The position numbers were made by a program, and so were the translations under genes. A DNA stretch of 57,067 nt, filler included, from Basidiobolus ranarum (Eukaryota), in NCBI GenBank assembly GCA_040143965.1. It is 4 parts of 4 records of this genome, joined end to end, with 100 filler letters (N's around TTAATTAATTAA, not from the genome) between each part and the next. Parts side by side here need not be neighbours in the genome. Positions count along the whole stretch, not along the records: positions 28,619 to 42,798 come from JASJQH010000437.1; positions 42,899 to 57,067 come from JASJQH010000438.1; 2 more parts are not named here. One strand, given 5' to 3'. Positions 37,093-49,552 of the stretch are shown here, one piece after another. Position 1 is the first letter of the stretch. The number at the start of each line of letters is the position of its first letter. The notes below the pieces were generated by a model. The model did not search any database. It was not told the origin of the DNA and was given only the letters and a program-made list of their open reading frames with translations.

Positions 37093-37165
37093 GTACTGGT
37101 AGCCCAGTAGCTAGACCGCCTCGCTAAAGTTGAAGGGATCCCGGGTTTGATTCCTGGTTAGGCCA
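37093..37165 (+). pseudogene. tRNA pseudogene or tRNA-derived SINE head
   Basis: 73 nt with A-box-like TAGCCCAGTAGCTAGA, an intact T-arm CCGGG-TTTGATT-CCTGG and a 3' TTAGGCC-A. Acceptor and anticodon stems are broken, and TTC of the T-loop is mutated to TTT. Confidence 0.6.
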
Positions 37166-37539
37166 ACATTGCTTTACAATTACTTTAAACATTAATAAGT
37201 AAAGATTTTGAAGGAAATTTCCGGAGCAAGTGTTGCTTTGGTATCAAGTTGACGAGTGGAAAATAAGTATGAGTCATGTTTCTTTGGTCAGTTGAAATTA
37301 ATTAGCCTACGGATTCCTCATCAACTCATTAATAGACAGGAAATTGACTTCATCTACACTATTATGTTGCATCCCAAAGAAACAAAACAATTTCATACAG
37401 GATGAAGGTAATAAAACAATGGCTTGATAATGTCAGTAAATCGTTTTTAATAGCAACGTACCTGAACTATTTGCATAGATATTTATTTCGCAATTGCGCA
37501 GACAATTTATCGGCAGAATACAAGTCTAACATCGACGAA

Positions 37540-37930
37540 GCCTATCTACGTCCCCGATGTTTAATGGTATTTCGGATGCTTCTATAGTCTTTATCGCATA
37601 TTACAGTCCTCTCTAAAGATCTATAGGTTAGTTCCTCAGCTTCAGCCCGGCAATCCATTGAAATTTGGACTGTCTTTCTACCAAAACCTGTTTCAGTAAT
37701 GATTAGAGATACTAGTTGAGAAATATCCATGGAACATAGCATGCTAGCCTAATCCTCATCGGACATTCTTGTGGGGCATTCTATTTGCAGCATCGTAAGA
37801 GATAGTCTTAATATGATCCGAGTCCTCTGGATTGAAGAATATTAGTCCAATAGCTTCAGCTTCCACGCCATAGAAGCTTTCTTTAACCCACCACCCAACG
37901 CTTTCCATCCTGCTTCGTCAATGACCTTAG
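37540..37930 (-). pseudogene. Truncated, stop-containing duplicate of the C-terminus of the adjacent LRR gene
   Basis: KVIDEAGWKALGGGLKKASMAWKLKLLD* ... MSDED*ASMLCSMDISQLVSLIITETGFG...AEAEELTYRSLERTVI versus the parent's KIDVEAWKALDDGFQKGSMVQELTLLNM ... MSDEEWASMLYSMDISQLAYLNISYSEFG...PEAEALSHLVLCRTPI. Confidence 0.85.
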
Positions 37931-38420
37931 CATTGAATAGTCGATTTGTTGAAATATCAGTGCGACATGGCACTCATTGGTACAGAGATCCTATTGCTCC
38001 AGTCTCTTGTCCTACATAAACAGAAAATGAGTCCGTCAGGGATAACCCAGACGATTCTACAATAACCAGTATAAAAACCTATTGTGATTACTCGTATCCA
38101 GAAAATTACATTACTAGAGTGCATTGCCAATCTATGATAATATGATTAGATATTTGGATATATCAGCTTTTCCACAGTTGATAGTCCTGTTACCAACAAT
38201 ATACTTTTCGAAAAACCAGCATGCCTCTCGTGTTATGATCACTCACAAAGTAACCATAATTAGAGTATTCATTCAATATTTTATCAAAACTAGACCATTT
38301 TTGGCATTTACTTTGTATAATTATCCCCAAGTCTAAACATTCTATATACATCAGAGGACTACTACATCTACGTATTTATTATATCCCGTGGCTAAATAAT
38401 GCTGATCAGAGACGCCTCTA

Positions 38421-41400
38421 TCAATCAAGGGAATTCTTTGGAAAATGAGGGCTCCTTTGATACACAATACTTCGCTCATGATATTTGATGGCATCTATGA
38501 GATTATTAGACGCTCTTTCACTTATTGGAGTTCTACATAAAACCAAGTGGGACAGTGCTTCAGCCTCAGGCAAGCGATCAATCAGACTATTGACTGCCAT
38601 ATCTCCGAATTCTGAGTAAGAAATGTTGAGATATGCTAGTTGAGATATATCCATGGAATACAACATGCTAGCCCATTCCTCGTCGGACATTCCTCGGCAT
38701 TTGTACGTGTACAGACTCTTAAGAGACAGTCCGGATACGATACTAGGGAGCGAATGCGCATACGTGAACATATATCCCATATTCAATAGTGTCAGTTCCT
38801 GTACCATAGAACCTTTCTGAAATCCATCATCTAACGCTTTCCATGCTTCCACATCAATTTTACCTTTAAGAGTAAAGGCTGTTAGCGATGAGTAATCAAT
38901 TTGTTGTAATATCGCTATGATATTGCAAACACTTGTACTGAGTTCTATATGTGTCAATCTCAAACGACCAATAAGTAGCGCTATTGTTTCCACCTCTTTT
39001 GTTGATGAATCACCACTCAATGTCAACTCCAATTTTTTCATTAGAGTATCCCCATTTCTTGATTCTTCAAGTGTGAGGTTTGATGTCACGCGACGGGGAG
39101 CTTCGTTATCAGTATCAGCAGTATCCGTATTTACTATAGTCAACTCTTTCACCATGGAACCTTTTAGTCCATCCTCTAACACTTCCCATGCCAGATCATC
39201 GATTTTCCCTCTGAGGATAAATGTTGTCAGTGAGGAGAAGTCGATTTGGTGTAAAATCGGTGCGACATTGCACTCATCATAGATACTCAATTCCAGGTGA
39301 GTTAGTTTCAGCCTGCTCAGGAACTTCGTCATTGCCTCTACTTCCGAGTTATAAAACATGGTATGACAAGTCAACTCCAGCTTTTTCAATTGAATATCAC
39401 CATTTCTTGATTCCATTTCTAACATATCAGCCAAATGCTCATCCTTGCTTAACTTGATACTGGTTAGCTCCTCCATAGCTGATAGTCCTGCTACCATCGC
39501 GATATCTTTTCGAGAAACAAACATGTATCTGGAGCTGTAATGATCCACAAGTCGACAATAATTAGAGAACATATTAGCCAAACTCATCAAGCTGTTGTGA
39601 CCTGACTTTTCAAGCCGGATTTTACTCTGAATGCCATTCGCAAGTAAATCCCTACGCAAGGACATATTTGACGTGGGGCTGGGATTCTGTTCGATCACGT
39701 CAAAACTCATTCGCTCCAAAAATGGGCAGGCTGTCAACATTGCTGACATTGATTCCATCCATCTTCTTTCTTTTGCACGGCCACCAAATGTATCAAATGA
39801 CCATGGATCATTTGGAACGAGGTAGTCTCTGAACTCCAAGATCTTGACATGAGACAGGTCTTTAATGGAGGACAATCCGTTTTCGACAAACCAATCATCC
39901 ACTTTCATTTGAATTGTCTGTAACTGCTTGTTACTCATCATATTTCTGACCACACTTGCTCTGTTGTTGAACCCGCTTAAATCTCTGCAAGAAACATCCA
40001 AAGTTAAAGACCGAATGGTTGTCTTGCGAATAGCATCGTCAAGCAACTTAAGGTCGTTTGATTGCCACTTGTATTGAAAAGAAACATCCAACTCTTGTAG
40101 CTGTTTGGCATGAGCTATTGCTATTGTAAACTCCTCGGCCAATGTGACTGATTTCAGTATAATTACCACTTTCCCAAGATGTTCGTCGTAATCTCCACCC
40201 TGCACAAGGATAGCATTCTTGAACTGGGCCTCACCTGCTTCCCCATAGTTGGCACGATAATGACTTAGACAAACCCACTTGACATGTCCCTTTTCTGTGA
40301 TAATCCTATACAGATTTCCATGCACTTTGTACCGACCATTGTCACTGATAAACATACCCAGCTGTCGCAGGTCTCCTTCTTCCAAGGCCTCTAGCTGTTG
40401 AAAGTACTCTTCGCCGGATACATCTCGCTCATTTTCTGCTGTCTCGCTGCTTCCTGAGGTTGGGGTACTAAACAATTTAGTGTCTATAAATGTAATGGAT
40501 GCATCCAAAGTCTTATCTGGCAAGTCGATCCACTTTTCTAGAGTCCTGTCACTTTCAGTATTCTGACTAATTGCTGGGATTGAAACGCCAGCGATTTGTA
40601 GGCCGAATCGAAGCGCTCTCAGTAGATAGAGCATATAGAGACCATACTTTGCATAGAGCTCTGTTGGCTTCGAGATCTCATATCCCTCATGAAGTGCAAT
40701 ATGGACTGCATGCTTATCATCAAGATTGGATGTTTTGGATTCGGTGTGCTCTCCGCATTCACACAGGAAATAGAGACGGTACTCGTTAGTAAGTATAGCT
40801 GCTGGATTGGCAGGATGTATGTCAACGGGAAGGATGATAAACATTCTTGGAATAGTGAGCTCGTGTAGTTCATAATTTTGTGTCAATAAGGCACTCATTT
40901 TTCGGTCAAGAAGTGCTAGACGCTGACGAGTCTTTTCGTTTCGGTCATGGGTTTTCTTATTTTGTGCACTTACTTCTTGAATTCTGGCAATGATATCTTC
41001 CTTATCCTTAGCATTGAGAGGCATATGCCTGCTTACAGCAAAGTTACTACTTTCGGGGAGAATACTGGCATAAGGCATGAGATATTCATCAACTCTCGAA
41101 CTTATCTGGCTATTTGTTGTACCTTCATGTCTAGTCTCGTTTGAGTTTACCTCTGGAACCACTCCTTTCACCTTTGTCGTAATTGTAAGTACACTGTCTG
41201 GTTGATACTCGATTCTTTTAGGAAGTGAACTAGAAATGTGACAAGGCAAAGGTTTAATATCGCAACGAATTGATTCGTTCAAGCACCTACGGTTTGCAAA
41301 TTGATAATCTGAAAATGATAAAACTTACTGTTCATAACTTGACGTGAGCACAAATGGAATTGGAAACCCTTCATGTTCTAATCGAAACGCGCCTGGAATA

Positions 41401-41519
41401 CAACTATCTACTTCACTTAGTAGAACACATCGTCTTCCTTCGATAATCGTGGTCGGTATCCATAAGCGCTTGCCATTATATTCACATTCTTGATAGCTGG
41501 ACAAGGGTTTTTTAAGCAT
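38421..41519 (-). CDS. About 1000-aa protein of the LHExxIPRxFIxLP...FLCECGEH...GHVKWVC family with C-terminal RNI-like leucine-rich repeats; 2 exons
   Basis: Exon 1 41329-41519 (MLKKPL...YE), donor GTAAGT at 41328. The acceptor is either 41230 (good pyrimidine tract) or 41287; both are in frame. Motifs PKRIEYQPDSVL, LHELTIPRMFIILP, YRLYFLCECGEHT, HEGYEI, LEEGDLRQL, GNLYRIITEKGHVKWVCLSHYR, then LxxLxL repeats. Confidence 0.88.
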
Positions 41520-42066
41520 TTGGTACTATTCGAGTGAGCCCAAGTACAAATATCTGAAGTTGAAGTGAACGGGCGAGTGCGAACGCCTTTAGAACAGTTT
41601 TTGTATGACTAGCAAATGCCAATGAGTTGTTTAAAAGAGAATTAATTGAGTAGATGGTATTCTTGCTCTCATTGTTCTTGGTTCTAGTACATGAATAAGA
41701 AAGTGAACCTTAAAATTCCTAGAAATTTCGGATCTGTGGAATACGTCAGCCTTCACCAATGCAATAATAAATATGTCATATTGACTGTATTGTTCAAATC
41801 CAGGTTGGTTTAAGAGATTAGCCTCCAGTATTTGAAATCGAGCTTCACACAAACTGGCTAAAATACTTGATTATGGTGTAAGGCAAGCGGGTAGTCCGTT
41901 TCAACTCCACAACAGATTGTCGAATATGATCTTTTGAATGATTTAATGTATTTATAAAATCCACCTTCAATGGATGCAATCACTAAGCGATCTAAGGTTG
42001 CTTAACCTGTTACCAAGATATAATTAGCTAGTGTTAGTATGTGGTAGACACTATTTTAATACTGGA

Positions 42067-42086
42067 TATATATATATATATATATA
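42067..42086. repeat. (AT)n microsatellite
   Basis: About 10 AT dinucleotide units. Confidence 0.8.
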
Positions 42087-42798
42087 TTGCGACAATAATT
42101 CTCTAAACAACATATCAAATTCCGTGGTTACAAGATAAGGCAGTAATTTTGTCTCTAGATCCCTGCGAAGGCAAATACCCAACGAGACACACCAATGGCA
42201 CGTTGCATGGTAGCCCATTCCTCTTCTACAACTTCTCATAAATCTCGTTACTGGTTCACCTTTTGAAGCTGATAAGTTATTATTTTAAGTGAACCCAAAC
42301 GTTATGGGTTGAATATCATCATTCGTTGATTTCATCACTGGCAATTCAGCCAAATGAGTATTCTTATAATTTGTTAAATCTTTGATTGCCGATTAGGGGG
42401 AGACAGTCACCAACAGGTCAAATCGTTATTTCAAACAAAACAAAGAAGCCATAACTACTTTTGTAGTTTCTAAGGGGGGGATGAAAGGCACCACAAGATG
42501 TAATCTTTATTTATTGCCAGTGATACAACACAAATAAATAAAGAAGCCAAATTGAAAGTAAAAGTCAAATGCTTAGCTAATTAAGACTTATTTAGGGCAG
42601 CTTCCAAAATCTCATCATATAAAATAAAAGTCTGGGGACAAAGCACCTTAGCTTGGGAAATGTAGAAGTCTTTCAAGAATTTTGTAACATGTGTTGTGTC
42701 CAAGAGAAAAGTGGATAAAAAGTCTTGAACTTTACTGAACCAAAGAAACAGTTAAGTGCAGAATCTTAGAACTGTTTAAGCAGGATATATCAGCAGAG

Positions 42799-42898
42799 NN
42801 NNNNNNNNNNNNNNNNNNNNNNNNNNNNNNNNNNNNNNNNNNTTAATTAATTAANNNNNNNNNNNNNNNNNNNNNNNNNNNNNNNNNNNNNNNNNNNN
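42799..42898. other. Artificial contig linker
   Basis: 44 N + TTAATTAATTAA + 44 N. Confidence 0.99.
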
Positions 42899-43280
42899 GA
42901 ACTTCCAAGTTGGTACAAATATTTTAAGTAAATTCCAATTGAGAATACTGTGTGATATCTTGGTTCAATGTAGGATAACTAAATACTACACTATATATAA
43001 AAATATAGGTGTTCAGGCAATGTTAATTTCAATGGTAGAGTTGAAACTTCTAGTTTTGTCCAGAGGTAAGATAAAAAGATATGTATAATGTATTGTGGAA
43101 GATCCCAGAAACATGTGTGCAGAGTCTGGGGCTTCTAGGACAGGTCGGAAATATATATATATCCAAGAACCTCTACGTAAATTCCTCTTTAGAATAGTGA
43201 TATCTTAGTGCATTATAGAATAACTAAATACTAAGCTATATATGACTATATAGATAATTAGACTATGCTAATTTAAACAA
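42899..43280. repeat. Dispersed repeat, copy B: head-to-tail partial copies at the contig start
   Basis: 42899-43033 matches the 3' half of the unit (AACTT.CAAGTTGGTA...GTGATATCTTGGT...TAGGTGTT.AGGCAATG.T.ATTTCAA). 43034-43280 restarts the unit mid-way (GTAGAGTTGA...TAGTTTTGTC.AGAGGTAA...CCCAG.AACATGTGTGCA.AGT.TGGGGC.TCTAGGACA...ATGCTAATTT). Confidence 0.85.
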
Positions 43281-44042
43281 ATGCAGCTTCATCTGGGATA
43301 TAATAATAGACTGAAAATACCCAACCACTAAATTTAAAAAGTGGAAATATTGGAAGTTGAATATATTTGGGGCTTTGAATACTTGATGGATACAATAAAA
43401 TCACTTTTTGTGATCTAGCTAGTCAGCTTGGATAACTGTAAGCAGAGAGTTAACATATGATGGCATTTTCCTAGTTTATTGTATCTTAGTTATCTGTGTT
43501 CAAACGATAATGGGAAGCCATAAAGATAAGCTACTGTATTCATTTGGCTAGTATAAATTGAAATTCCGGGGTATGGGTTTCTATCAATCTCCATCAGATC
43601 CCTACTCCAATGTCAGATAATCATAAACGGATAAGCCATAGAACAATACAAGTACAATAGAGTGTTAACTCCTCCTTTCATTAATGACGTTTTCAAACGG
43701 GATGATATAGCCTATGAAGCATGAAATCAATACCACGAACACAGTAACACAGGAGATTGGATATATCAGTGAAACAATATAATTAAGGAATGATGGTGAT
43801 TATTTGCTGACATATGTTATCCAAGCTATGGAGTCACCATTTTCTTCACATGAATTGGGGAAGTTCGATTAGGTTTAAAATATCTTTAATATATTTTTAT
43901 TATACATATTTATCTATGTTGAAAGGAATATGGGGGACGTAGAAAAAGGGAGAAAATACTGTATTAAAGTAGTAAGATGGTAACAGTAGCATGATGTTGT
44001 GACACTACCACATCAGATACGTTTGAGATCTGATGATAAGGT

Positions 44043-47000
44043 TTACTCCTCAGTTTCCATGACTTCCATTCCAGCAGGACTGAATAAATCCATAGAGTGA
44101 AGAGTATAATCCATGATGTAAGAGTTGGTAATAAGTTGATCAACACGGTGGAAGTGTCTTTCGGTGTAAGGCAAGATTCCATCGAGAAGCTAAAACATTT
44201 AATAAAGTCAATGAAATTCCTTAAATTTGAATGGTCCAAATTAAAATTACCTCTTTAATATTCTTCACTTCCAATAATTGTTCGGATGTGTATGCTCTTA
44301 AAATAGCGTTAAGAACTGCTTGTGCAACGGGGGATTGTTTAGCATTAGTGTTCCAATCACGAATATAGGTTAAAAGAGTTTCGAGTTGTTCGTTAGACAA
44401 CTCAGCTAACGTATCATCAATGGCTGCTGCACCCGTAATACTTTCATCACCTAGAGGGAGAATGAGTAGCTATTAGCAGAGACTCATTACAATACTTTCA
44501 CAAATTGAGTTACCTTCAGCACGATTGTTGATCACTTCAATGAAAATGCTAAGTAGACGCTTGGGTTGATTAAGGGACAATGCTAGTACGATGGCATTGC
44601 GGTAATCCTTCTTGACCAAATAATTAGCGAGATCTTGTTCCTTTAATAAGGTTTCTTCTTGTTCAGCCAACAATTTTTCTTTATCAGCTTCAGTGAAATC
44701 TTCCCAAATGTTGATGACGGAATCGGCACCACCAGTGGTGATGAACTTTTCATCGCTGCGAACTTTCAATGCCCAAACCTATGGAATAGAGTGTATTAAT
44801 TTCATTTATCCTGAGATTGATTCGCTATCTAGAATGTTACCTTCTCTGTATGGTTATCGAGAGTTGATACACACTCATTGCTCTTAATGGTCCAGATCTT
44901 TACAAGACCGTCTGACGCACAAGAGGCCAACTGAAGACCTGAGGTTAGGAAAGACACCTTGAGAACAGAGTTGGTGTGTCCTTCGAATGTCTAATGTTTT
45001 TACGCTAATTAGTATCAATTCTATTATAGAGAGAAAATCATATTAAAATGAGCCTACCTTCAAACAAGTAAAGTCGGTCATGGACCAAATTTTAATGGTC
45101 TTGTCACCGGAACTGGTGGCCAATACTTGATCTACAGGGGAGAATTGAACACACCAAACACCTCTCTTGTGACCATTGCATGTAGCAACTAGTTGACCAT
45201 CTTCAGCATTCCAAATCTAAACATAAATAATTAATTAGCAGCTGTAGAGGAATGGTATTTGATTGTTTTTGGACAAACCTTAGCAGTTTTATCTTGAGAA
45301 CCGGTAGCGAAGAATTTGTCGTTAGGAGCGACAGCAACAGAGTTGATATCTTTCTCATGAGCCTTGAAAGTATACATAGCATGGGGCTTGTAGTTATCAT
45401 CAGGGTTTTCAAAATCTATAAAGAATCAGTAAGAGTAGAGCAGAAATTTGCCGAAAACTATATAGAAACTAACCAAGATCAGAGGTATCCCAACATTTGA
45501 TTGTACGATCTTGACTTCCAGTGATGACGAACTTGGTAGATTTACGGGAAATTGCTACGGCTCCAACAGCTTCGGTATGACCAACGCAGGTACCAATACA
45601 TTTGAATTTATCCTCAGCATCTTCAGCATCCAAATCAACACTCCAGATACGAGCGGTGTTATCTTTGGATCCTGAAACGAAAAATCCAGCATCTCTACGC
45701 TCATCCATACACAGGACAATGTCACTGTGACCATAAAGAATATTGCAGTCGAATTTCTCCAAATCGAAAACACGGATTTGTTCACTGTTGGTAGCTACGG
45801 CAAGATGGCTTTCATCATCACCAAGGTAGGCGAGATCAATAACCTCTTCATTATAACCAACAATTTGACGTACGCGCTTTAGACCAGAAGGAATATCGTA
45901 GACAAGAATATTCTGATCGTTGGTTACAGCGGCCAAGGTTTGACTCTCGGCAGAATAAATCACATCAACCAAAGTATGTTTGCTGTTTTGCTCAGGCTTC
46001 TGAGAGTGAACCATTTTACCGGTTTCGAAATCCCATAGGCGAATCAAACCTATCGATAAATATTTAGTAATATGAAGGATGGAAGTGGCAGTTGAGAAAG
46101 AACATACCTTTATCACCAGCAGTGTAAAAGTATTGTCTTCCATTAGGAATGCTTGATTCCTTGAATTCGGTATTCTCCTTGATGATACCTACGGTTTCAA
46201 GAGTCTACCAAAAATGAACTGGTTAGAATTTTTACAGATTTGATGATCGAACTTTCACTACTTGCTACGAACCTCATAAATTGGCAGAGTTCTCTTCAAT
46301 TTATATTTCTTTAGGTCCCATACGTTGACAACTTTGTCTCTGGATCCAGAGATAAGTTGAAGTCCGTCATGAGAGAAATCCAATCCACGAATAACACTAA
46401 CGTGACTTTCAAGAACAGCAAGGCATCTAAAACTGTGTGTCAACTAACTGATCTTATTAAAGGTATATATACTCAAAAATTACATACTTGCGACTCATCA
46501 AATCCCAAACACGAATGGTACAATCATCTGAACCAGATACCAAGTGTAACCGTCCCTTATCTGGGTGGAACTTGAGAGCACTTATTACTCCTCCGTGGCC
46601 TTTGAAGTTATGGGTACAGTAACCCTTCTCAATATCCCAAACTTTGACGGTACTATCGGCAGAACCGGTAGCTACCAACGTGGAGGTAGGATCAATATCC
46701 ATTACAATTACAGGTGCTTCGTGACCCTATTCACGAAAAGTTTGAATATTTATCAAATATTAACTCGTGACTAACTATATATAAAACTGACCTTGAAGCT
46801 TCTGACGGTAGTAAAAGTGTTCATATCCCATACTTTAATGGACAAACTTCTACTAGCAGAGACCAAATGTTTTCCATCAGGTTTAATGGCGAAAGTAGTG
46901 ACTATTTCGGAATCACCAGCTAAACGAGCGACACGTTTTCCATTACTTAAATCGGTTACTTCCAAGTCTTCACCGACTGTGGTTACTAATAGTTTATCGT

Positions 47001-47190
47001 CACGTGTAACATCACTTTTACCACCGGTATAAATTGACTCGATTGTACGTACTGATTTGAAGCTTCAGGAAAATGGGTTAGTTTAAGAAAACAGAAAAAA
47101 ATGGAAATATACGAAACCAAACATGTGGATCATAAGAAACTTGTTTTACCTAGATTTTAACTGTAGCTTTCCTTGAATAGGGGCTACCAT
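44043..47190 (-). CDS. UTP13: U3 snoRNA-associated protein 13 (TBL3), WD40 plus Utp13 C-terminal domain; 12 exons, 811 aa
   Basis: Exons 47150-47190, 46792-47062, 46488-46726, 46273-46426, 46108-46204, 45474-46049, 45279-45415, 45058-45216, 44841-44990, 44514-44778, 44251-44450, 44043-44189. All introns are GT-AG; total 2436 nt in frame. Motifs [50 protein letters not shown]. Confidence 0.96.
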
Positions 47191-48557
47191 TATTTATCAA
47201 ACGGTTTATAGTAAAAATATATGTTCAAACAAAAGAGTATCCAAATGCCAAGTTGCTCCAGAATAAAACTTCACCAAAATGATAGGAAGCTCTAGTTAGG
47301 AAAGAAAAAAAATCACTACAATATTCGGAATTTTCAAGTAATATTTTAAGCGCTAATCTAAACAGTTTTTTTTTATCCACTATGTTCGTATGGTGTGAAT
47401 GCAAATTCTTTTTTTTTCTTTTTTTATTGATTTTTTACCTTGTTGGTAAGGTTATATTTACTTCGATCATGTCGCATCAGAAATCAATCAAATTACCACT
47501 GATCTGACAGTAACTTGGTGATCAGCTCAGAGTTGTTTAACTTTGGAATTTGAAATAAATTCAAATGCTTTAACCATTCCAGGCTAAATAAAGTTTAGTA
47601 AGTTCAATAATTAATAAATAACTCCACTTAACATCAGATACCTATCTCCGTTTCACTTGAACTCATTCCAATGAACAAACCCTAACCCTAAATTATGATT
47701 CTTCTGTTCGATAAGTGACTGTAATGCTGTTGGTTTCCAGCTTTACAAACAGGTAAAAGGATTGTTACAAGTGGAGAGCAATGAATGGGTAATAGACTCC
47801 TCATTTATCGAGCTTGACCATCATGTCGGTTCCTCGTCAAGTGAGTAGTAAGGTTATGTTGGACGAACCGGATGATCTTTACTTTAACAAATGTTGGGTC
47901 ACAAAGCACTGAAGAGACATCCAAAATCTACACCAAGGATGGAACGAACACCGGACTCTTTTATTGCCGTTGCCGTTGACGCTATCTTCTCGCTTGGAAG
48001 TATAAAAAGAAATGATCGATGCTCAAAATTGGTAATTGATCTGACTTAATATGTGAGATCCTTTGTCTTACTCTATAGCTTTGGGGAGATTGAGTGACAG
48101 ACATGGCTAGAATCTAAATGTCTGACCGAGAATATGTATTCACAATTCAAGTGGAACAGATCCTTAAAAATGTGACCAGAGGGAGGTAACCATTTTTCGT
48201 TTGGATGAATTTATTGACGTTACACTCGTAACATACGGACTACCCACACTATGGGTCATGCGCTAAACTGACTACAGATAGGGATGAGTCATATTGAGGA
48301 GAGTTTATTAGATAGATTATGGAGTTGCGCAACGCTTATTGATTCAAAAAAAATATACAAGCAATGTCATTAAGGTTGGAGCAGTAAATACAACTGGATC
48401 TACTCTCTAGATCAAGCTACGGAAATGCAATATGATATGCTTATATTTATGAATAAGATTAGTCCAGCATGGGTTAATGTAAAGATATGAGTTTTAAAAG
48501 TACACTCCCCGGTCGACTGCTACCGGGATTTCGATTCAGACAGAGTTGGGTCATTAG

Positions 48558-49552
48558 CTACTTCACGTTCATATTTCCATTGCAGCTGATCACTTCCAAG
48601 TGGCAGTGCTCTATGTTTTGATACCGATCATGGCGAGTGCCTGTACCGTCAGAGCCGTCAAGTTGATTGGAACGTTTGGAGATATCTTCGCTCAAGAAAC
48701 TTGTGGTAGTTCGGGTGGTCATGGTGGATGATTTCCACAGCTGGCTTGTCATTAAGCATGAACCAATGACAGCTGGAATTTGATTTGTTAGTAATTATCG
48801 AGTGGTTATGAGTGAAATACGGGCAGCTTACCTGCTACAGCAAATAGGAGGACCCCTGTTTTGGCTGGACCATTAATGATTGAAATAACGACCAAGATGG
48901 TGGTAGAGAAGGTGATGCCAAACATGTATATCAATCCATCCTTTATAAGTGTCTTCCAATGGGACGACTTGGCACCGCTCTGTTGAACTTTTAAAACCCA
49001 AAGAAAAGTCCCTGAATAAAATACATTAAACACTATATCCAGGATCAATTCTACTAGCAACCAATTTTCAGGTAATATGCTAAGGCAAACTCTCTCCACA
49101 TCCAGACGTATATGAACCTCGTGAATGGCCGCCATCAACACAGAACATATGAATACTAACTCAAGGATAACGTGCATGACTAGTAGCCATAAAGGCTTCT
49201 GGAGAGCAAAGTACGCTTTGACAAACAAAAGAGAGTGCAATCCAATTAGAACGCCGATTACAAATGTCTCGACAATTCTACCTTGTACCTCACAATTCGA
49301 CAGAGGGTATATGTAGGCGAATAGTGCGGTGGTCATTAGTATCATTCCACAGAGAGATTGAAAGAAGCATAGTAACGGAGCTGCGGCAAGGCGCCCTCTT
49401 TTAAACACTAACCGAGTGGCATAGATAAAATTGGGAACCATAGCAGCAAACATTAGCGCATATATACAAGTGAAAAGTTTGGATTGTTGAAATTGCTTAG
49501 AAACTGCATTTGCAAGTTCTGGTGTAAGTTGGCTTTCTGTTAACGATACCAT
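48558..49552 (-). CDS. Putative seven-TM (GPCR-like) membrane protein; exons 48832-49552 and 48558-48772, 311 aa
   Basis: GTAAGC...TTCCAG intron 48773-48831 joins two track ORFs in frame. About 7 hydrophobic segments, Cys at the top of TM3 (SNCEV) and in ECL2 (RVCLS), and a Ser/Thr-rich cytosolic tail. Confidence 0.78.

Noticed and set aside
47677..47692. Telomere-like CCCTAA x2
   Set aside because: Only two units, internal to a contig; expected by chance.
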